The notes under the pieces were generated by a model that worked only from the letters and a program-made list of their open reading frames with translations, had not been told where the DNA came from and searched no databases. Positions 9,579-20,700 of a stretch of DNA of 64,000 nucleotides are shown here, piece after piece; position 1 is the first letter of the stretch; every line of letters begins with the position of its first letter. The stretch covers positions 8,432,001-8,496,000 of the forward strand of contig CM102286.1 of the NCBI GenBank assembly GCA_046563655.1, given 5' to 3'. Origin of the DNA: Yuukianura sp. NJ FZ-2021 (taxonomy: Eukaryota). A program made the position numbers and the translations under genes.

Positions 9579-10039
9579 AAGAACATCAATCAAGAACGAT
9601 ACTCGACCCCTTCTCCTAAACGTTCAATTTTGTGCATTTGGTGCACAACAAATTAACAACATCAATTCAGTGCAGTGAGTGCAGTCAAAACTTTAACATG
9701 ATTTTGGTTCAATTAAACGGTAAGATTGCCAAGACAAATTTGGTGCAACTCATGCACAAAGTAGTGTCTCACATTCGCACTAAAAATTTTCAGTGACATT
9801 GGTTCATGAAATTGGTGCTCTAAAACATCACTGAAAATTTCCAGTGGGAATATGAGATCCTATTTTGTGCATGAGTTGCACCAAAATTTTCTTGGCAATT
9901 TTACCGTTTAATTGAACCAAAATCATGTTAACGTTCTGAGGCCCAAAATGTTTACAGTGAATTGATGTTGTTAATTTGGTGTGCACAAAATTGAACGTTA
10001 AGAAGAAGGGGTCGAATATCGTTCTTGATTGATGTTCTT
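9579..10039. repeat. ~460-bp imperfect palindrome (arms 9579-9796 and 9828-10039, 31-bp spacer)
   Basis: Colinear inverted matches: AAGAACATCAATCAAGAACGATA / TATCGTTCTTGATTGATGTTCTT; TTAACATGATTTTGGTTCAATTAAACGGTAA / TTACCGTTTAATTGAACCAAAATCATGTTAA; TTTGGTGCAACTCATGCACAAA / TTTGTGCATGAGTTGCACCAAA; AAAATTTTCAGTGA / TCACTGAAAATTT. Confidence 0.9.
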
Positions 10040-10045
10040 GATTTC

Positions 10046-10627
10046 TTGAGGAAGATGCACATAATGTATTGTCGATGTTGTCATGGCAATGCTCAAGGTA
10101 GTTCTCACAACTGCACAAACCTTCAATTGTGTTCATCATGCACAACATTGTACGTTGTGGGGTAGGGGTCCAATATCGTTTCTTTAAAATCAAAATCAAA
10201 GAAATTTCTTGTGAATGCAAATTTGAACCCTCCTATTCGCTGCTTACATGTTACGAATTTAAACCGGAGTTTGAGCCCTGTCATCAGTCCCAAATTAACA
10301 ACGTAAATAAACATACTGTCAGAAAATGACCAGGTCAAAACTTCGTTGTTGAAAAATATTTTGAGTGCAATGCAGAGGTGTCAAAAAAATTTAAGTAAGA
10401 AGAGTCGGCAATGGGAAGTAGCCGCCCACTTCTGCGTTGTTAATATAACACTTTGAGTGGAATGTAGACATAATGAAAACACTTGAGCGGTACAGCACCC
10501 CCGGTCAATAATGAGGCTAATGTTTCAGTGCAAAAAGTCCTAAAAAGTGTGACACACGGACAGAGAGACGAAGTCGTATCAATAGTCTTCTTCAGCATGT
10601 CGTAGACATGCGTCTCCAGAAGACTAA
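10046..10627 (-). mobile_element. HINE/DINE-1-like copy, minus strand
   Basis: Hairpin terminus ...AGTCTTCTTCAGCATGTCGTAGACATGCGTCTCCAGAAGACTAA ends at 10627. It is the diverged reverse complement of ~7942-8525; the spurious ORF 9828..10220 resembles 8372..8677. Confidence 0.75.
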
Positions 10628-11255
10628 CATAAAAATTTCTTGCAAAGGCAAATTTCAACCCTGTCATGCATTGTTTACGTGTTACAATTTAAGCCGGATT
10701 TTCTACCCGCTAATCAGTCTTAATTTAACAACGTAACTAAACATCTTGCCAGAAAATGAACAGATCAAAACTCCGTTGTTTATAAATACTTTCAGTTCAA
10801 TCGAAACCAAAACAGTTTTGCTGAGCCACAGGCTGAGCAAAGGCAAATTTTAACCCTGCCAAGCACTGTTTCCATATTATGAGTTTCAGCCACATTTTCT
10901 ACCCTCTAGTTAAGTTTTAATTTAACAACGTGATTAAACTAGCTGTCAGAAAATGACAGGATCAAAACTTCGTTGTTTAAATATATTTTGAGTGTAATCG
11001 ACACCAAAATGTTTCCGAGAAACGACTGCACTTAGGGTGCATAAAGTGGCCGCCCATTTGCACGTTGTTAATATAACACTTTGAGTGCAATGTAGACTTA
11101 ATGAAAACACTTGAGGCATACGTAACCCCCCGCCAAAAATGGAGCTTATGTTTTAGCGCAAAAGATCCTAAAAAAGCGAACGGACGGACAGACAAAGTCG
11201 TATCAATAGTCTTCTTCAGCATGTCGTAGACATGCGTCTCCAGAAGACTAAAAAA
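10628..11255 (-). mobile_element. HINE/DINE-1-like copy, minus strand, with a duplicated ~200-bp internal subunit (~10630-10815 and ~10840-11010)
   Basis: Same terminus ends at ~11250-11255, with a GGAC microsatellite at ~11180-11193. The subunit GGCAAATTT..ACCCTG..TTTTCTACCC..TTTAACAACGT..CAGAAAATGA..ATCAAAACT..CGTTGTTT occurs twice. Confidence 0.7.
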
Positions 11256-11706
11256 CGGACGGACGGACAGACAAAGTCGTATCAAACATAGTGAATGCAA
11301 ATTTGACACCTTTCATTCACTATTCACATATTAAACATTTAAGCCGGATTCTCTACCCTCTAACCAGGCTTAAATTAACAACGCGAATAAACATACTGTC
11401 AGCAAATGACAGGGTCAAAACTTCGTTGTTTAAATAAATTTTAAGTATAATCGAAACCGACAAATGTCGGGAAACGACAACACTGCGTGTGCGTAAATTG
11501 GCCGCCCACTTCTACGTTGTTAATCTAACATTTTGAGTGCAATGTAGAGGTATTGAAAACACGTGAGCCACACATCACCCCCCGACTGCGATGGGGCTTA
11601 TGTTTCAGTGGAAAGGGTCCTAAAAAGTGTGACGGACGGACAGACAAAGTCGTATCAATAGTCTTCTTCAGCATGTCGTAGACATGCGTCTCCAGAAGAC
11701 TAAAAA
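11256..11706 (-). mobile_element. HINE/DINE-1-like copy abutting the satellite, preceded by a ~30-bp fragment of another terminus region (11256-11285)
   Basis: Terminus ...GCATGTCGTAGACATGCGTCTCCAGAAGACT ends at 11701, followed by an AAAAA shared with the satellite. Body 11290-11701 is the reverse complement of ~7945-8360. Confidence 0.75.
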
Positions 11707-14700
11707 TGGATTTTTCGGAGAAAAATTGAGCTTGGAACACTTCAGGAGGGCTTTCAGAAGCATAATTTCGGTTTGCAATTTTGACTCCTCAGATAGCCCA
11801 GAATGACCTTTTGAAGAGTATTTAATGAAAAAGAATGATTTTTTGGTGAAAAATTGAGCTTGGAACACTTCAGATGGGCTTTCACAAGCATAATTTCGGT
11901 TTGCAATTTTGACTCCTCAGATAGCCCAGAATGACTTTTTGGTGAGTTTTAAATGAAAAAAAAATGGATTTTTCGGAGAAAAATTGAGCTTGGAACACTT
12001 CAGATGGGCTTTCACAAGCATAATTTTGGTTTGCAATTTTGACTCCTCAGATAGCCCAGAATGACTTTTTGGTGAGTTTTAAATGAAAAAAAAATGGATT
12101 TTTCCGAGAAAAATTTAGCTTGGAACACTTCAGATTGGCTTTCACAAGCATAATTTCGGTTTGCAATTTTGACTCCTCAGATAGCCCAGAATGACTTTTT
12201 GGTGAGTTTTAAATGAAAAAAATTGGTTTTTCGGAGAAAAATTGAGCTTGGAACACTTCAGATGGGCTTTCACAAGCATAATTTCGGTTTGCAATTTTGA
12301 CTCCTCAGATAGCCCAGAATGACTTTTTGGTGAGTTTTAAATGAAAAAGAATGGATTTTTCGGAGAAAAATTGAGCTTGGAACACTTCAGATGGGCTTTC
12401 ACAAGCATAATTTCGGTTTGCAATTTTGACTCCTCAGATAGCCCAGAATGACTTTTTGGTGAGTTTTAAATGAAAAAAAAAAGGATTTTTCGGAGAAAAA
12501 TTTAGCTTGGAACACTTCAGATGGGCTTTCACAAGCATAATTTCGGTTTGCAATTTTGACTCCTCAGATAGCCCAGAATGACTTTTTGGTGAGTTTTAAA
12601 TGAAAAAAATGGATTTTACGGAGAAAAAGTGAGCTTGGAACACTTCAGATGGGCTTTCAGAAGCATAATTTCGGTTTGCAATTTTGACTCCTCAGATAGC
12701 CCAGAATGACTTTTTGGTGAGTTTTAAATGAAAAAGAATGGATTTTTCGGAGAAAAATTGAGCTTGGAACACTTCAGATGGGCTTTCACAAGCATAATTT
12801 CGGTTTGCAATTTTGACTCCTCAGATAGCCCAGAATGACTTTTTGGTGAGTTTTAAATGAAAAAAATGGATTTTTCGGAGAAAAATTGAGCTTGGAACAC
12901 TTCAGATGGGCTTTCACAAGCATAATTTCGGTTTGCAATTTTGACTCCTCAGATAGCCCAGAATGACTTTTTGGTGAGTTTTAAATGAAAAAAAAAATGG
13001 ATTTCACGGAGAAAATTTAGCTTGGAACACTTCAGATGGGCTTTCACAAGCATAATTTCGGTTTGCAATTTTGACTCCTCAGATAGCCCAGAATGACTTT
13101 TTTGAGAGTTTTAAATGAAAAAGAATGGATTTTTCGGAGAAAAATTGAGCTTGGAACACTTCAGATGGGCTTTCACAAGCATAATTTCGGTTTGCAATTT
13201 TGACTCCTCAGATAGCCCAGAATGACTTTTTGAAGAGTATTTAATGAAAAAAATGATTTTTTGGTGAAAAATTGAGTCTGGAACACTTCAGATGGGCTTT
13301 CACAAGCATAATTTCGGTTTGCAATTTTGACTCCTCAGATAGCCCAGAATGACTTTTTGGTGAGTTATAAATGAAAAAGAATGGATTTTTCGGAGAAAAA
13401 TTGAGCTTGGAACACTTCAGATGGGCTTTCACAAGCATAATTTCGGTTTGCAATTTTGACTCCTCAGATAGCCCAGAATGACTTTTTGGTGAGTTTTAAA
13501 TGAAAAAGAATGGATTTTTCGGAGAAAAATTGAGCTTGGAACACTTCAGATGGGCTTTCACAAGCATAATTTCGGTTTGCAATTTTGACTCCTCAGATAG
13601 CCCAGAATGACTTTTTTGAGAGTTTTAAATGAAAAAAAATGGATTTCTCGAAGAAAATTGAGCTTGGAACACTTCAGATGGGCTTTCACAAGCATAATTT
13701 CGGTTTGCAATTTTGACTCCTCAGATAGCCCAGAATGACTTTTTTGAGAGTTTTAAATGAAAAAAATGATTTTTTGGTGAAAAATTGAGTATGGAACACT
13801 TCAGATGGGCTTTCACAAGCATAATTTCGGTTTGCAATTTTGACTCCTCAGATAGCCCAGAATGACTTTTTGGTGAGTTTTAAATGAAAAAAATGGATTT
13901 TTCGAAGAAAAATTGAGCTTGGAACACTTCAGATGGGCTTTCAGAAGCATAACTTCGGTTTGCAATTTTGACTCCTCAGATAGCCCAGAATGACTTTTTG
14001 GTGAGTTATAAATGAAAAAGAATGGATTTTTCGGAGAAAAATTGAGCTTGGAACACTTCAGATGGGCTTTCACAAGCATAATTTCGGTTTGCAATTTTGA
14101 CTCCTCAGATAGCCCAGAATGACTTTTTTGAGAGTTTTAAATGAAAAAGAATGGATTTTTCAGAGAAAAATTTAGCTTGGAACACTTCAGATGGGCTTTC
14201 ACAAGCATAATTTCCGTTTGCAATTTTGACTCCTCAGAGAGCCCAGAATGACTTTTTTGAGAGTTTTAAATGAAAAAGAATGGATTTTTCGGAGAAAAAT
14301 TGAGCTTGGAACACTTCAGATGGGCTTTCACAAGCATAATTTCGGTTTGCAATTTTGACTCCTCAGATAGCCCAGAATGACTTTTTGGTGAGTTTTAAAT
14401 GAAAAAAATGGATTTTTCGGAGAAAAATTGAGCTTGGAACACTTCAGATGGGCTTTCACAAGCATAATTTCGGTTTGCAATTTTGACTCCTCAGATAGCC
14501 CAGAATGACTTTTTGGTGAGTTATAAATGAAAAAGAATGGATTTTTCGGAGAAAAATTTAGCTTGGAACACTTCAGATGGGCTTTCAGAAGCATAATTTC
14601 GGTTTGCAATTTTGACTCCTCAGATAGCCCAGAATGACTTTTTGGTGAGTTATAAATGAAAAAAGATGGATTTTTCGGAGAAAAATTGAGCTTGGAACAC

Positions 14701-17700
14701 TTCAGATGGGCTTTCACAAGCATAATTTCGGTTTGCAATTTTGACTCCTCAGATAGCCCAGAATGACTTTTTGGTGAGTTATAAATGAAAAAATGGATTT
14801 TTCGGAGAAAAATTGAGCTTGGAACACTTCAGATGGGCTTTCACAAGCATAATTTCGGTTTGCAATTTTGACTCCTCAGATAGCCCAGAATGACTTTTTG
14901 GTGAGTTTTAAATGAAAAACAATGGATTTTTCGGAGAAAAATTGAGCTTGGAACACTTCAGATGGGCTTTCACAAGCATAATTTCGGTTTGCAATTTTGA
15001 CTCCTCAGATAGCCCAGAATGACTTTTTGGTGAGTTATAAATGAAAAAGAATGGATTTTTTGGTGAAAAATTGAGTCTGGAACACTTCAGATGGGCTTTC
15101 ACAAGCATAATTTCGGTTTGCAATTTTGACTCCTCAGATAGCCCAGAATGACTTTTTGGTGAGTTTTAAATGAAAAAAATGGATTTTTCGGAGAAAAATT
15201 GAGCTTGGAACACTTCAGATGGGCTTTCACAAGCATAATTTCGGTTTGCAATTTTGACTCCTCAGATAGCCCAGAATGACTTTTTTGAGAGTTTTAAATG
15301 AAAAAGAATGGATTTTTCAGAGAAAAATTTAGCTTGGAACACTTCAGATGGGCTTTCACAAGCATAATTTCCGTTTGCAATTTTGACATCTCAGATAGCC
15401 CAGAATGACTTTTTGGTGAGTTTTAAATGAAAAAAATGGATTTTTCGGAGAAAAATTGAGCTTGGAACACTTCAGATGGGCTTTCACAAGCATAATTTCG
15501 GTTTGCAATTTTGACTCCTCAGATAGCCCAGAATGACTTTTTGGTGAGTTATAAATGAAAAAGAATGGATTTTTCGGAGAAAAATTGAGCTTGGAACACT
15601 TCAGATGGGCTTTCACAAGCATAATTTCGGTTTGCAATTTTGACTCCTCAGATAGCCCAGAATGACTTTTTGGTGAGTTTTAAATGAAAAAAATGGATTT
15701 TTCGGAGAAAAATTGAGCTTGGAACACTTCAGATGGGCTTTCACAAGCATAATTTCGGTTTGCAATTTTGACTCCTCAGATAGCCCAGAATGACTTTTTG
15801 GTGAGTTTTAAATGAAAAAAATGGATTTTTCGAAGAAAAATTGAGCTTGGAACACTTCAGATGGGCTTTCAGAAGCATAATTTCGGTTTGCAATTTTGAC
15901 TCCTCAGATAGCCCAGAATGACTTTTTGGTGAGTTTTAAATGAAAAAAATGGATTTTTCGGAGAAAAATTGAGCTTGGAACACTTCAGATGGGCTTTCAC
16001 AAGCATAATTTCGGTTTGCAATTTTGACTCCTCAGATAGCCCAGAATGACTTTTTGGTGAGTTTTAAATGAAAAAAATGGATTTTTCGGAGAAAAATTGA
16101 GCTTGGAACACTTCAGATGGGCTTTCACAAGCATAATTTCGGTTTGCAATTTTGACTCCTCAGATAGCCCAGAATGACTTTTTGGTGAGTTTTAAATGAA
16201 AAACAATGGATTTTTCGGAGAAAAATTGAGCTTAGAACAGTTCAGATGGGCTTTCACAAGCATAATTTCGGTTTGCAATTTTGACTCGTCAGATAGCCCA
16301 GAATGACTTTTTGGTGAGTTTTAAATGAAAACAAACTGGATTTTTCGGAGAAAAATTGAGCTTGGAACACTTCAGATGGGCTTTCACAAGCATAATTTCG
16401 GTTTGCAATTTTGACTCCTCAGATAGCCCAGAATGACTTTTTGAAGAGTATTTAATGAAAAAAATGGATTTTTTGGAGAAAAATTGAGCTTGGAACACTT
16501 CAGATGGGCTTTCACAAGCATAATTTCGGTTTGCAATTTTGACTCCTCAGATAGCCCAGAATGACTTTTTGGTGAGTTTTAAATGAAAAAAATGGATTTT
16601 TCGGAGAAAAATTGAGCTTGGAACACTTCAGATGGGCTTTCACAAGCATAATTTCGGTTTGCAATTTTGACTCCTCAGATAGCCCAGAATGACTTTTTGG
16701 TGAGTTTTAAATGAAAAAGAATGGATTTTTCGGAGAAAAATTGAGCTTGGAACACTTCAGATGGGCTTTCACAAGCATAATTTCGGTTTGCAATTTTGAC
16801 TCCTCAGATAGCCCAGAATGACTTTTTGGTGAGTTGTAAATGAAAAAGAATGGATTTTTCGGAGAAAAATTGAGCTTTGAACACTTCAGATGGGCTTTCA
16901 CAAGCATAATTTCGGTTTGCAATTTTGACTCCTCAGCCCAGAATGACTTTTTGGTGAGTTATAAATGAAAGAAATGGATTTTTCGGAGAAAAATTGAGCT
17001 TGGAACACTTCAGATGGGCTTTCACAAGCATAATTTCGGTTTGCAATTTTGACTCCTCAGATAGCCCAGAATGACTTTTTGGTGAGTTATAAATGAAAAA
17101 GAATGGATTTTTCGGAGAAAAATTTAGCTTGGAACACTTCAGATGGGCTTTCACAAGCATAATTTCGGTTTGCAATTTTGACTCCTCAGATAGCCCAGAA
17201 TGACTTTTTGGTGAGTTTTAAATGAAAAAAAAATGGATTTTTCGGAGAAAAATTGAGCTTGGAACACTTCAGATGGGCTTTCACAAGCATAATTTCGGTT
17301 TGCAATTTTGACTCCTCAGATAGCCCAGAATGACTTTTTTGTGAGTTTTAAATGAAAAAAAAATGGATTTCACGAAGAAAATTGAGCTTGGAACACTTCA
17401 GATGGGCTTTCACAAGCATAATTTCGGTTTGCAATTTTGACTCCTCAGATAGCCCAGAATGACTTTTTGGTGAGTATTTAATGAAAAAAAATGGATTTTT
17501 CGGAGAAAAATTGAGCTTGGAACACTTCAGATGGGCTTTCACAAGCATAATTTCGGTTTGCAATTTTGACTCCTCAGATAGCCCAGAATGACTTTTTGGT
17601 GAGTTTTAAATGAAAAAAATGGATTTTTCGGAGAAAAATTGAGCTTGGAACACTTCAGATGGGCTTTCACAAGCATAATTTCGGTTTGCAATTTTGACTC

Positions 17701-20700
17701 CTCAGATAGCCCAGAATGACTTTTTGGTGAGTTTTAAATGAAAAAAAAATGGATTTTTCGGAGAAAAATTGAGCTTGGAACACTTCAGATGGGCTTTCAC
17801 AAGCATAATTTCGGTTTGCAATTTTGACTCCTCAGATAGCCCAGAATGACTTTTTGGTGAGTTATAAATGAAAAAGAATGGATTTTTCGGAGAAAAATTG
17901 AGTCTGGAACACTTCAGATGGGCTTTCACAAGCATAATTTCGGTTTGCAATTTTGACTCCTCAGATAGCCCAGAATGACTTTTTGGTGAGTATTTAAATG
18001 AAAAAGAATGGATTTTTCGGAGAAAAATTGAGCTTGGAACACTTCAGATGGGCTTTCACAAGCATAATTTCGGTTTGCAATTTTGACTCCTCAGATAGCC
18101 CAGAATGACTTTTTGGTGAGTTTTAAATGAAAAAGAATGGATTTTTCGGAGAAAAATTTAGCTTGGAACACTTCAGATTGGGCTTTCACAAGCATAATTT
18201 CGGTTTGCAATTTTGACTCCTCAGACCCAGAATGACTTTTTGGTGAGTTATAAATGAAAGAAATGGATTTTTCGGAGAAAAATTGAGCTTGGAACACTTC
18301 AGATGGGCTTTCACAAGCATAATTTCGGTTTGCAATTTTGACTCCTCAGATAGCCCAGAATGACTTTTTGGTGAGTTATAAATGAAAAAGAATGGATTTT
18401 TCGGAGAAAAATTGAGCTTGGAACACTTCAGATGGGCTTTCACAAGCATAATTTCGGTTTGCAATTTTGACTCCTCAGATAGCCCAGAATGACTTTTTGG
18501 TGAGTTTTAAATGAAAAAAAAATGGATTTTTCGGAGAAAAATTGAGTTTGGAACACTTCAGATGGGCATAATTTCGGTTTGCAATTTTGACTCCTCAGAT
18601 AGCCCAGAATGACTTTTTGGTGAGTTTTAAATGAAAAAAAAAAGATTTTTTGGTGAAAAATTGAGCTTGGAACACTTCAGATGGGCTTTCACAAGCATAA
18701 TTTCGGTTTGCAATTTTGACTCCTCAGCCCAGAATGACTTTTTGGTGAGTTATAAATGAAAGAAATGGATTTTTCGGAGAAAAATTTAGCTTGGAACACT
18801 TCAGATGGGCTTTCACAAGCATAATTTCGGTTTGCAATTTTGACTCCTCAGATAGCCCAGAATGACTTTTTGGTGAGTTATAAATGAAAAAAAAAATGGA
18901 TTTTTCGGAGAAAAATTTAGCTTGGAACACTTCAGATGGGCTTTCACAAGCATAATTTCGGTTTGCAATTTTGACTCCTCAGATAGCCCAGAATGACTTT
19001 TTGGTGAGTTTTAAATGAAAAAAAAATGGATTTTTCGGAGAAAAATTGAGCTTGGAACACTTCAGATGGGCTTTCACAAGCATAATTTCGGTTTGCAATT
19101 TTGACTCCTCAGATAGCCCAGAATGACTTTTTGGTGAGTTTTAAATGAAAAAAATGGATTTTTCGGAGAAAAATTGAGCTTGGAACACTTCAGATGGGCT
19201 TTCACAAGCATAATTTCGGTTTGCAATTTTGACTCCTCAGATAGCCCAGAATGACTTTTTGGTGAGTTGTAAATGAAAAAGAATGGATTTTTCGGAGAAA
19301 AATTGAGCTTTGAACACTTCAGATGGGCTTTCACAAGCATAATTTCGGTTTGCAATTTTGACTCCTCAGCCCAGAATGACTTTTTGGTGAGTTATAAATG
19401 AAAGAAATGGATTTTTCGGAGAAAAATTGAGCTTGGAACACTTCAGATGGGCTTTCACAAGCATAATTTCGGTTTGCAATTTTGACTCCTCAGATAGCCC
19501 AGAATGACTTTTTGGTGAGTTATAAATGAAAAAGAATGGATTTTTCGGAGAAAAATTTGAGCTTGGAACACTTCAGATGGGCTTTCACAAGCATAATTTC
19601 GGTTTGCAATTTTGACTCCTCAGATAGCCCAGAATGACTTTTTGGTGAGTTTTAAATGAAAAAAATGGATTTTTCGGAGAAAAATTTAGCTTGGAACACT
19701 TCAGATGGGCTTTCACAAGCATAATTTCGGTTTGCAATTTTGACTCCTCAGATAGCCCAGAATGACTTTTTGGTGAGTTTTAAATGAAAAAAAATGGATT
19801 TTTCGGAGAAAAATTGAGCTTGGAACACTTCAGATGGGCTTTCACAAGCATAATTTCGGTTTGCAATTTTGACTCCTCAGATAGCCCAGAATGACTTTTT
19901 GAAGAGTATTTAATGAAAAAAATAATTTTTTGGTGAAAAATTGAGTCTGGAACACTTCAGATGGGCTTTCACAAGCATAATTTCGGTTTGCAATTTTGAC
20001 TCCTCAGATAGCCCAGAATGACTTTTTGGTGAGTTTTAAATGAAAAAAATGGATTTTTCGGAGAAAAATTGAGCTTGGAACACTTCAGATGGGCTTTCAC
20101 AAGCATAATTTCGGTTTGCAATTTTGACTCCTCAGATAGCCCAGAATGACTTTTTGGTGAGTTATAAATGAAAAAGAATGGATTTTTCGGAGAAAAATTT
20201 AGCTTGGAACACTTCAGATGGGCTTTCACAAGCATAATTTCGGTTTGCAATTTTGACTCCTCAGATAGCCCAGAATGACTTTTTGGTGAGTTATAAATGA
20301 AAAAGAATGGATTTTTCGGAGAAAAATTTAGCTTGGAACACTTCAGATTGGCTTTCACAAGCATAATTTCGGTTTGCAATTTTGACTCCTCAGATAGCCC
20401 AGAATGACTTTTTGGTGAGTTTTAAAATGAAAAAAATGGATTTTTCGGAGAAAAATTGAGCTTGGAACACTTCAGATTGGTTTTCACAAGCATAATTTCG
20501 GTTTGCAATTTTGACTCCTCAGATAGCCCAGAATGACTTTTTGGTGAGTTTTAAATGAAAAAAATGGATTTTTCGGAGAAAAATTTAGCTTGGAACACTT
20601 CAGATGGGCTTTCACAAGCATAATTTCGGTTTGCAATTTTGACTCCTCAGATAGCCCAGAATGACTTTTTGGTGAGTTTTAAATGAAAAAAATGGATTTT

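Noticed and set aside
11760..11800. CENP-B box in the monomer (TTCG motif)
   Set aside because: TTCG is present but the downstream A..CGGG core of the canonical box is absent.
5554..11868. Short ORFs (e.g. FSLLETHVYDVLKKTIDTTLSVRPS) recurring in several copies
   Set aside because: They are translations of the non-coding hairpin terminus and microsatellite; they recur because the DNA is repeated, and copies differ by frameshifts.
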